From: Tubiluchus corallicola
Lineage: Eukaryota > Animalia > Priapulida
DNA: 64,000 nt
Direction: 5' to 3'
NCBI GenBank assembly: GCA_030141605.1
Contig: JAQGDQ010000127.1
Span: 503,832 to 567,831 of the forward strand
The translations under genes and the position numbers were made by a program. This document shows, one piece after another, positions 15,716 to 27,740 of the stretch (the stretch's first letter is position 1; each line of letters opens with the position of its first letter). The notes beneath the pieces were generated by a model, which was not told where the DNA came from, did no database searches, and saw nothing but the letters and a program-made list of their open reading frames with translations.

Positions 15716-16697
15716 ACGGTAAAATATGACACAGGTAAAAATGGAGTAGGAAAAAATGGCACAGTAAAAATGGCCTAGGAAAAAATGGCACAAGAACAAA
15801 TGCCACAAATGGAAAACTATGTAAAAATGGCACAAAAGTAAGTAAATGTGTCGCATGTTATTTTGATGCAACTGATTTCTAGAATGCGCTCAGTAGGAAG
15901 CAGATTTCTGCCAAAGACAAACAATCCTAAACTTATTCGTCTGATTTTTTTTTGAGAAATAAATTTAACACAAAGATAAACAAACATACAAAAATGTACA
16001 AGTGCTGGTATTATATAGACTAGCAAAAGACTTACAAAATATTTGTTCATTAAATAGATTTGTAATTAATAATGCACGAATATTCCACATAGCGTTTACC
16101 TACCTTTTAACCATTAATTTTGGTGATGGTAATGGACTGACAAATATATGCGTATTTACATTGCACGTACCAAGTCACCTTATAAGGCTATACCCATTAA
16201 AGAGCAAAGGTTATAGACAGCGTTACACAGCTTTACAGAAACTCGTAGAACTTTGTTTGTCCAAATGCAGATAACAAAAAAGAAGTACTAAACATTCCGT
16301 TTGAGTGTCCACAAACGTTACACAGCTTTACAGGAACTCATAGAACTTTGTTTGTCCAAATGCAGATAACAAAAAAGAAGTACTAAACACTCCGTTTGAC
16401 TCTTCCAGAAAGTGCTCAAAATGTTTTTGTATGTGGTATTCGGTCAAGTTTTGCGAAAAAAGAATTTGAGAAAAGATTTCCATTTTGGCAGACTAAAACA
16501 ACCAAACAAACTGTGCGGAAGCATAACTACTTTGGCAGAGGCAAAAATAACTAAAATAATTATCCCCCACTATAACACTAACCCTAAACACATATTTTAC
16601 TAGGTGTGTCATTTTTTCCTGTGCCACATTTTTTACCTACTTTTCCATTTGTGCCATTTTTACCGTGCCATTTTTTTCTTATGCCATTTTTACCTAC
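15716..16697. mobile_element. Foldback-type non-autonomous DNA transposon with inverted terminal arrays of a ~16-bp unit (ggtaaaaatggcac)
   Basis: Left array 15716-15838 repeats aaaaatggcac; right array 16604-16697 repeats gtgccattttt(tacc), its reverse complement. Confidence 0.75.
16221..16399. repeat. Near-perfect tandem duplication, period ~95 bp, inside the foldback element
   Basis: cgttacacagctttacag...gaactttgtttgtccaaatgcagataacaaaaaagaagtactaaaca.tccgtttga at 16221 and 16316. Confidence 0.9.
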
Positions 16698-19515
16698 ATT
16701 ATTACGACGTATGCGTAAGTGACGTCACGCATGGATATAATCATATAAAATGTTACAAAATTCACAGGTATGTGTTTCTTTTTGAAAAAATGATTAAATG
16801 ATCACAAAAATCGGCAGTAGTAGTAATGTAACTTAAGTAGCAATAGCAATAATGTAAGTAGTGCTGTAATGTAAGTTTTGAACAATCTGTTAAGTTTGAT
16901 AACTACAGAAAAAAGAAAAAAAAGAAAAAAACAAGCCATTTCAGGTGTGTCTTACTTAGTAGTCAAGGAGTATTACTTTTTAGGGTCTTTATTGACTAGC
17001 AAGTGCAGATGTGTCTTTTCGTCGGTTACTGATTGGCACCAATTTAATAAATCTAGAGAATGGTTGAAATATTTGCATGGTTATGGAAAGATGTTGATTT
17101 TTTTATTAGTTATTGAAACTTGACCAATAGAACGACTCATTACTTCTTGTCTGGTGTATATTTAGGTTTACCCTCTGTCAAATGGTGCATATTTTATGAA
17201 AATCTGGTAAGATGTTGTACAGTTATTCACAAACAAAATTTAAAAAGCACTGTATAAATAACTTTTTCCTTTGGACATTGTACGTTAATGCTGTGTATGT
17301 TTGTGCGTAAGGCAGTAGTTCTGTAGTGCTCAGACCACATATCTTGACGTCCATTTTTCTAATGATCGTAAAAATGAAATAAAAGGAAAGGAGTTCAGAA
17401 AGTGAATGCATCACTAACTGTATAAAGCTAAAAGCCCTTTCAACAAGTAGCTATCCAGAAATTAAGAATTCAGTTTAACATCAAAAAGACGGATAGTGAA
17501 AAACGAAAATTGGAAAAAAATTATTTATAAAAATACAAAGCTTCCATTTCTAGAGAAGAATACAACTTACAGCCCTACCACAGACTCAATCAAGGTGGAC
17601 GCAATATAATCTGCGGACTGAATTACCTATTGTAGTATCCAAATGGGTAAATTAGTTTGGTGAATGGTGAAAATTAATTTACCTTTTAAGGTAGTGTTAC
17701 TATGGACTGCGTGTACACTGTGCGACATAACGAAGGTCTGCAATGTAGTGTGTAGTGATTTAAACAAGGTTATTTCCCAATTCCCGGGGAATTTTACATG
17801 GCAACGCCAAACATTCACTATAAAGCGGGGCGCATATCAGAAATTTTTACAAAAACATTGAATGTTTTCGTAATTAAATGTTTTTGCAAATCAATAAACC
17901 GAATCACTTTATTTGGATCTTTTTTGCACTGATAGTCTTTCCCAAATATTTGCGTATTTGTTAAGCTCGATTTTTGTCATGTATGAATGATCTCTGTTTT
18001 GAGGAGAGGCTTATACGTTTCATTCAATACACTACGGCGCAGCTTATCTCTGACCATTTATGATTACGTGCTCACATTATTATTGTTCTCAAAGGGAGAG
18101 GGGTCAGGGCTATTGTACTGTACGCATTCACAGTGGCTGCTCGGATATTAGCTACACTGAAGAGTATAAGTCATGAAAGCCTTACATAATTTATTTTAAG
18201 AGCATAACCCTTTGCCCTTACTGTTTGCATTCACAGAGTGCTACAAGTATGCTTGTACCAATCGTAAGAAAACACAGTACAACTAGGAAAACGCGTGAAC
18301 TCACGCACACACACACAGGCATATATAATATATGCGCTTATGTTTATCTATTTGGAATAATAACATCAAAGTATTGTTTTACTTGATATCAAATGTGATA
18401 TTTTACATTTTATGCAATATTCTACATTATAAACACACATATCTCATTTAGCGTTTGCCACAGCAACACGACACAGGACGTATCTTTATGATACATTTTA
18501 CTCCTCTTCCTCCCCCACCCCTCAATCCTTTGTGAAGAACATGTGTAACTGTGGTGATGACAACAGCTGAAGTAAATGGACAGACTGGACAGCAGATGAA
18601 GGTTGAGACTGTACTGATTTGATCACTAGCGAGTACTGAGCAGCGTGAAAATCTCAAATGAATCCGAAGAACGCTACAGAAGATGGGCATTACAAACTAC
18701 ACGAAGCTCAAGGACAGAGAGATAAAAAAGCCAGTCTCATCAGAGTGAAATTGATCAAAGACATCTCTCAGCAGCATAGCGTCTTTGATAACGTACTTTT
18801 ACAAATGAGACTGTGTGATGGATGTTTGGTTATCGTAAGTTGCGTTTTACTCTCCGACTATAGGAGGTGGTGTTTAGTAAATTCATTGAAATGAATTATC
18901 AATTTACTCTTCCAAGAGCAATTAACGCGACATTGTACAATTGTTCTGCAATTCATAAAGCTAAACGCAACTCCGGAGGACATTTCTGAGAAGACATGGG
19001 ACCTCTATATTTGCTTTTAGTACCAACAGGTTGGGTGGCTTGCGTGCAGTCTGAGCAACTTTTGTCATGCATCCGTCCAAAAGCAAGTCAAGTTCAACAC
19101 CTGCATAGGGATAACCACACAACACAATAGGAGTGCAAGTACAATTGAATTTGTTTGCAAATGTTCTGGTAAGCTCTTGCTTGCAGATAAACAAGCTATT
19201 TATCAGTTTGCTAGTTGACAGTGTCCAAGCCCCTAGACAGCAACTCACTGCTAAACCGTGCTGTTTTCAAGAACAAAGATGATAGAATGAATCAGCTATG
19301 GTATTTGGACACACTTTGCCCAAGCATTCCCCTACCCATGGTCCTGTGACTTATCAAAAATCATTAGGTTTATCTTTACGACAAACAGATTAAGAGGTCT
19401 TGAACTACACTCCATTGTTAATATAAGATGCAGCGAAAAGTAGAATACCAAATGCCACAGACAGCATAACCACTGCTTCCTACTCGGTCACCCAGTGCCT
19501 CCTTTCAAGAACAAG

Positions 19516-19565
19516 AATAACAACAGCAACAACAACAGCAACAACAACAATAACAACAACAGCAT
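19516..19565. repeat. (AAC)n/(AGC)n trinucleotide microsatellite
   Basis: aacaacagcaacaacaacagcaacaacaacaataacaacaacagca. Confidence 0.85.
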
Positions 19566-22500
19566 TTTCTCTCTATAAAAAGGATAAATTTAAGAGGCAA
19601 AAATCTGTTAAGATCAATGGCATAAGAAACTTAAAGGCTAATTCTGAGGGTTTAACATTCAACCTATATGGTCGTCCACAAATTGACTTGAAGACGTTGT
19701 ACACAAATGAGACAAACAACATGTTGTAGTTAAACACAAACAGAGAGTTTTCAAGTACCTCTGTAAACTAAACTGGTGCAGATTCGGTTCAAGAAACAAA
19801 TAATTACAATTCTGACGGGAAACATGCGACTCAAGCAGCGCAAACACATGAAGAGATTTCAAGAACGTGAGTTATCCCCGATTTGTATACTTACTGCACA
19901 AAAGTGTACATACAGCATACCATGTACAGTTTGCCGCTGGGCTAACTACAACGTACATGCTTCAGAACTGTTATAATGACTAATCAAAGCTTACGAGAAA
20001 TTTATCATTTTACTCCTAATATAAAATTTAGCAAAGTTTATGAAAAATCGAGAATCTTCAATTGACGGGCATTCTAAACCAAACAACTGTTAATATAATT
20101 CTATCTGGTTGAATTAAATTAACATCCTATTGACTAGCTCTCAATTCGTAAGCCTATGAATCATGTGTCTCGTACAGCTTTCTACTTCAAGAAATAAAAA
20201 GTTCATCAAGAAATGAAACGTACGTCTACAACTATTTGTGGCTGCAAATTTCAAAACAGTGCCTGTTAAATTTCACACACTTTCAAATTTAGAAATATTT
20301 GCATATTTGCCCAGGTTAAAAAATCATCTGTTCTAGTGAAGGAATAAAATTTATAACTTGTAATTATTTATAAAAGCACAGCTATTTACATCAATGCATG
20401 CAACACACATGATACAATTAAGCGAGAACTCTGTGACAAGTGTTTTAAATGAGTCAAATGTGCGACTTGTGTGTATAAACTCGAAGCTGAAAGCTCAGAA
20501 TACACTATCAAGTTAGGAAAAGGTGCTCCGAGAAAGCGAATAGGCCTTGTAACATTATTTTCATACAACTACAAGACTTAAGTGTTCACATGATTGGAAC
20601 ACCTTTAAACGGCATCGGAATTATCACTTTACATTAAAATATACCGGTACCAATAGGCTAATAACTATTATTATACGAATCAACATTTTAATTACATCAG
20701 CTAACTACAAAACCAAACTTTAAAGAAAGTTAGACAAACATTAATTCACTAATGATTAGCTTAAAATACCATTTATGTTGCCCTGGCATGTGTTCTTTGC
20801 ATTCCAAACTAACGCTGATAAATTCGCTTGTCGGAGAAAACTGTAGAAAGAGTCACAACAACTTCTACACTATATAAATACAAGCATCTGTTTCAGTGAT
20901 TACAGATTACTGATGGCGTGCGGCCACTTCGCTAGCGTGGCAGTGTGTACTGTATGCTCACTCAGACAACTGGAACATGCCATTATCGACGCAGAACAGG
21001 GATGAGGCATTGTCTGCGCACTCAGATATATCAGAGTGAGGATTTTCCTTCTTTACCTTTTACTCTCTACAAGTTTATCACATAAAGTTGCGACGTATCA
21101 CTGATAGACTTTGGGCACAGCTTTTAAGTACGATACGTCGTGTCAACGAAATTTAAAGTGTTTCTACTTCAAAGGTAATTGCCATTTTTAGCATTTAAAT
21201 AGAAATTCGGTTTATGGAGCATTTTACACCAAACTATTTATTTAATTTTGCCCGAAACCACAAACTAACGTGTAACTACTGAAAGACAACATTCATTGTA
21301 ACAACTTTCATTATTACAGGTTAGCTGAGATAGGCTCGAATGTACTTAAACGAAAAATATACTATTTAAAAAGCCAGTTTGTGAAATTATTTGGTTTCAG
21401 TAAAATTATAGGCTTTGTTCTAATAATTCTGTTTTGACTTATTAGATTTTCACAGAGGAACATATTTAAGCTTGCATGAACAGACTAAGGAAGCAATTTA
21501 AAATAACTTATTTTCTTGTGTTTTATAAATTAACCGAAAACCATAATCCGTTTATTAATAAGTCACAATAAAAATGACTACATTTTACCATTCTACTTCG
21601 GCCTGCACGGATTCTAATAATAAATGACTTGGCGTCTTAAAGTAATCGTGCCAGAAGCTAAAAAGTATTGTATAATTAGTATCAACTATCAATCATAGTC
21701 CACCTTTCTATCATACCTTTTGTATTTATCTATCAAAACAAGCAAACAAACAAATCAAACGGGCAGTGTGGTTTTGTTTTTAAAATTAATGCATTCCAAA
21801 TAGCATTATTCAGTCTTCTCTTTTATATCTATGTACCAATCGTGCTTTACAATAAATGAGCAACAAAAATATTGAGTCTCTCTTGCTTTTAAACATACGA
21901 ACATCAAGCCTGCGATGTATTTCTCTCTATTAATTGATCATGTGCTCGTCTGCAGGATTTATTAATTTTTTGTATTTTACAGTTTACGGAAATGGAATAA
22001 ATTTGATTGTTACACTCCATAAACGACCCTTATATCGAGTGCCCAAGTCACATGTCCCAATGCTATCTTGTAACTATGTTTATAACAAGAAAAATAGCGT
22101 AAAATTGGCTAATATTACATTGACGTATAATATAAGTTTTGGCCACATTTGAATTCATGTTTACTGTGAAGATCTCATTGAGGTTTATAAAAACTGGCCA
22201 GAAAAGAAAACATTTTGTTTTGTCCTTATTTAAAGTTAATAAAACAGGGCTTTTTATCTAACTTGCAAAACCATAAACTAAACTAAACTGCGTATTTTCT
22301 TGATTGCATAATGGTTTAATCAGCAAATCATAGATGTAAACATTGTGCGTTTCTTCCTATAAACAAAACTAGACTATATATTTCCACTAATTCACTTTCA
22401 ATTTCAATTGACAGTAATAAAATCTAGAACCAGGCTAATATTTCTCCCGCTAACTAATGATAAGTTGAGCATTTTTCATAACAGTGTTAGACAGAGCTGT

Positions 22501-24036
22501 AGCTAAATGTCCCGAACGTACCTGCTGCAGGGGTGTGTGAAATAACTTGCACGCTGATTGGGCAGTCAACAAAAATGATTGACATTATATTAGACGTCAA
22601 TTATGGAAGGATTGAATATGATGTGCAGTGTAATTCTATTCTGCAGGGTGTGTGCGCTTAATAAGATTTTGGCCTGAAGCATTTGTGATTTGTGAAAGTG
22701 TTTAATATAAATTTTGAACATAATTGGAGAATAAAAATTAAGATGGTCTTCTTAATTACAAAACAACAAACAGAATCACGCATAGGCAAAATAATGGTAT
22801 GAAAATAATTTATGCCCCTGCCCCCTTGCCATATAGCATGGTGATGTAGCATACGCACAACGAAAGTTACAACAAAAATATTTAACTGAACACAAACAAT
22901 AATTGTGAATAGCTGTTCTACATTTCAACGTGTATATGAATATACTTACCGACAGAAGCCTTTACGGTCTTAAAATTAACATGGGCCAAATTAAGCCTCT
23001 TCGGCAACTCTTGTCTCACAATAATATGGATGGCACTGTAGGCTAAATTATTTATAATCTAATAATACTTTAATAATCATGCCAGACAATAGACACAAAC
23101 CCAGGAATCCAGCAATCACTGAGCAATGAAGCTAACTTCTTGGCCATCGGGAGTTACTCTGTGGCCAAATGATTTTATGTTTCCTTTTCGTACGTTATTC
23201 GAGCTTATGTAAACTAGCAATGGGTTTTCATTAGCGAACAGCGATGGAAAAATGATGATAACGAGCTACAGGCGCGACCCCACAGGGTCAGCCTACCAAG
23301 TTCTAAATTTATCATATTTTCAGTTAAAGCTGCTGTTGTTACTACATTTAGTACATTTAATAATTTCTCCAGCAACTTTCGAGCAAGCATTTACATTCAG
23401 ACATGCCCATGAAAACAATTCTTACCCGAGGCTTACAAATGTTTGATTGGGGTGATTGCTCAACAATTTTTAATACCGTGATATAGGCCTACTTTCGAAA
23501 CAGATCACTAATGGTCAGTAAAACAACAAAAATATACAATAGAGATTGTGTCTATATCGTCAGTAAGGGCAAACGACAAATTTTTCACAATGAGTGAATC
23601 TAGAGTGTCGCGACATTTGCAGTAATTTAATGCGTTAGATACATAATCAGAACACCACCCTCAGTACCATAGCTTCTAGGCAATAAATTTGCCAGGGTTG
23701 TGCTGCCATCTATCAGCGGCGCATCTAACTAGTTGAGTAAAATTCGCAGCCTCTTGAAAACTGATAACCAGTGCGTATGTGTCGGGTTTGGGTAAATCTA
23801 AGTTTGTTTCCATTAGTCTGAGCGTTTGGTCTATCCCGTGGAACAAGTCAAAATTCACAGCACAAAACTACAAATGCTTTCAAAGCAAAGTACATGTATA
23901 TTGTTTACAACGCGGGATCTACACTATACTTCAAATTCAAAAACGATTAAATGTCTAATGCTACAGACACATTGGAAGCTTATGGTTACGTTGCACTAGA
24001 CTTCAAAATTCTCTAAGTCCTGCAAATTAAAAGTAG

Positions 24037-24339
24037 TCTATTAATAATTTATATAATACAAAGACGAAAATCTGTTCATTTTGTCCGTCTTTTATGCGCG
24101 TCCATCCATGGTCATGCTACAGCTTACCCCCAAATGCAGGGTGTGCAGTAAGAACCAGCATTGCCCCAGAAGGTTATAAAAGGTCAATTTAGATCACCAC
24201 CATGGCGGCGTAAAAATAGCACTTTGTAGAACATTCTTTTGTAGTCGTCCATTGTTTTATTAAAGGTTTTAGGAGATCTCAATTTGGGCCATACCCACGC
24301 CTCACAACCGATGTCCAAAAATCAGTCAGTCTCAGCTAG
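24037..24339 (+). mobile_element. Probable non-autonomous Helitron relic
   Basis: 5' TCtattaataatttatataatacaaag...tttgtccgtc and 3' ...tctcagCTAG|t: the TC...CTAG-T terminal pattern of Helitrons. The subterminal hairpin is degenerate. Confidence 0.4.
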
Positions 24340-26274
24340 TTATAATAAAAATAAAAATAACAACAAAAAAGAAAATTCCGCAATGACTTGCAGAATCTTA
24401 ATACTGTTGCACATTTTCGGTTTACTATGGCAATGCAAAGTTACCTGGGGGTTCGAGTGCGACACAGGCAAACAATAGTATTTCTATACAATGGCACATT
24501 GCACACCTGGTGTCAGCAGACTTTGCAGACCTCCACCTGTCAACGACAACTGGAAACGACACAGGTAGTAATCGGCTGTTAATGAACGTGGTGTAGCATG
24601 AAACATTGGAATTATCGCATTTTCAATCATCATGAATTCTAATAAAATGGACAAAATCACATTTTCTTTTAACATATATTGTAGAAACAGGCTTTTACTT
24701 TCACTACGATGCATTAGCACACGGCTATCAGCAGGGAAAAAGAGTAACTTAGCTTTCTAACGTAATCTTACGTTTAGCAACGTTGCGTTTTAATCGTAAA
24801 ATGATTAGGTATCCTATAAATTTTAAATAAAGATTTGTTTCACCGCACATCAGGTTCAGCACGACATAAGTAACCTATAAGCAGCTAACCACAAACATAG
24901 TGTGGTTAGAAATCCAAAAACATTATAATCTAATATCTTTGAACCACTAATACTAGTATAATATTAACGTAGACAGCAAATTTTATAATAACACCAGTAA
25001 AAATTCGAATTACACTAAAATGTCACCGCTTATTGTCTCAAAAGACTATAACTACGCTGTAATTAAGTGTACAGTATTCAGTTTATCCGGTAAGCCTTCG
25101 AAAAAAATTTTACAGGACTGACAAATCAACAGAAACTTTATCATGGTTCAGAATCGCACACCTAGATAAAATTGTACAATTCTTACAATTGTACAAATCT
25201 TAATAATTAAACTCTTTAGTCACAAATAAAAACGCTAAAATAAAATAAATGACGTTAAACGAAATTTGAATTTCTTACCGATTGCAGGAAGTGAACATTT
25301 TACGTTAAGAAACTAGCTAGCTACAGTCATTTAAAATCATAAGATCATAATGAGATCATAATGGTATTATAAGAAGTGTGAATGACGTTATTACATCATA
25401 ATTTTGAACAGTGTATGCCAAACAGTAAGCAAGGGTGGGTTATGAAAGGTAATTCGATCGAAATACTATATAAAACATCTGAGAGTTACAACAAGATTAT
25501 TATATTCATTCATCATACCACTTTCAGTTAACAGCTTGGCGCATGCGCTTATGCCGATTCTGACCGAGAACGTAATCCTTCATAAGCATTCACCTTCGCC
25601 GCATAAAACAAACATGAAGGTATGTGATTCCAACCCAAAACTGGTAAAATAATCCCTATTCCACGTATTCCATTAGAAAGTCTTTTCACTAGAGATCATC
25701 TCACCGTTACACAGTCAGCTATCACTCATGATGTACCGCAGTCGAATGAAACCGTTTCACATTACGCGGGGATAGAGGCGTATGGGTAATCATTTTCACA
25801 TTAGCCAAGGTAGACAGCCAGCCATCGCTAACGTGAAGAACACCTGCTCATAGAACGCAGTGGTACATGATCATTGCGCACAGGAAATGAAGTGAAAATA
25901 AGAGTCAATTTCGCGTTAGAACAAAAGCAGATCGTATTATAAAAGCCTTGCCAGCCAGTGGGCATTCATCAGTTAATGACCCGAGACCTAGCAGATAGGA
26001 CCTGACGTACTAACTGCAGAATGAATCTGAAATTCACAGCTGTACAATTTCGACAAATCTTATATGTATATACAGTCTAATCAGGCGTCTCTCTGAGCTT
26101 AGCTCTAGCAAATAAAAATCTAAATTTACCCTGGAATTTTCCGTTAAAAGTCTATCCATAGGTTACAACACTAAAGTAGTTCCAAAATTTTGCTTACAAA
26201 TTCAGTTTCGATACTTAACAGGTAGCCATTTCACTATTTGAGTCGTACTGGTGAACACAGTCAACGTTCTGAAC

Positions 26275-27740
26275 CAGCTGTTTTCAACCAGTGGTCCATG
26301 AACCGCAAATTACAAAAGAACCTTTGTTTTCTTCTTCTACTTTTTTGTGAATATAAGCGAGGATTCTGTCAAAGAGTAGAAAATTATATAAAAATAATTA
26401 TTTCAAGAAAAACTTCATTTTTACACAATTCTCGTTGCGTGCCCTTTATGTAATACTTGTACTGGGAGCATCGTGCATATTTGCCCAAAAATGGCATAAT
26501 GGTCCGTAATGCGTCTTGACGTTTTCTCCTAAAGGCCGACTGGGCCCCAGGCCGAAAGAAGTTGGCAGCTCTACACCATTCCCACTTTCGAGAGAAACTG
26601 TGATGGCCGATGGCTACACCAGCAAAAACGAAAAAATAAAAGTTTAACTAAGCTGCGTGGCTCATCTCTCTTTGTGTAAAAAATCTTACAATGTTTCTTA
26701 ATTTAAAGTATTGCTTTTGTTAGCCACTGATCCGAATATAAAATTTGTTATTCAGTTCGACAAGCCAAGTCGAGCCGGGTATTACAGGTGAAGGCACATT
26801 TACTGAATACTATCTGCTGACTTCAAAATTTCGTAAAATGGACAACTCATCGTTCTTGCATGTCAAAAAGAGCGAAATTTGGAAGCCACTATATATTAAT
26901 TGTTTAAAACTTCCCAATTGTGCAATAATTTTTGGGTTGCTCTCTTGCTGAATAACTCTATAAAGAAGTTTATTTCGCCATGAAGTCCATGATGCCGGTC
27001 TAGTTGGCACTCTCGTTGTTCATATAATAAGTTTTACACAGTTTTATATCGTGAAATCACAACAAAGTTATTCCGTGTTCTAATTTTTTAGAAAAAAACG
27101 AATTCATGAAAACGGTGGATAATGGTCTAAGTGACATATATAGGCGGACGGCAGAAAATACTCAGTAAGCAGCTATTCCAATATTTCGCATTCCGCTTTA
27201 GTTATGTAACACATAAACAGACAAATAGAAAGAGTTTTTAAAGGTCAATCTAGAGTAAAAACTTGAAAGTTTCCTATAAATATATGCAGGTTCTAAGTGT
27301 TTAAAAAACTGTCTTCGCATCCATATGTCGCTGATACTTTTTTACTAAATTAGTAATCTCCTTCTAAAACTGTGAAACAGAAACAAGACTCCTGCGTAAA
27401 AAAAACACATAGCCTACTAAAGCTGTGTGATTTGTCATGAAAGAAAATCATGAATGAATGAAAGAAAGAAAATTTTGTTTGACATGACAGCAAACAAAAT
27501 CAATGGTCTAGTAAGTAAACGAAGTAAAATCTGTATTGGAAAACGCTCGTTCTTTGTGTATTCAGTAATACGATTTCCTGCAGATTACGTACAAACTGTA
27601 AAATTGTATAATGCAAATTGTATATTGTGTAATATTCGAGTAGTTCGAGTCTGCCAGTCTATGGTCCCAATTCTACCCTTGAAAAGTCAAAATTGAAAAT
27701 TCTTCCCTTGGGGGATGGTCATCCCGGTTGAGAACCACTG
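26275..27740. mobile_element. Old hAT (Charlie-like) non-autonomous element
   Basis: Left end cagctgttttcaacc vs reverse complement of the right end cagtggttctcaacc. Flanks ttctgaac / catgaact only partly match as a TSD. Confidence 0.45.

Noticed and set aside
15716-15838. CRISPR-like repeat array
   Set aside because: Eukaryotic context, no unique spacers, no cas genes; the units are the terminal arrays of a foldback element.
20938-20985. tggcagtgtg resembling miR-34
   Set aside because: Seed-only match with poor stem pairing.
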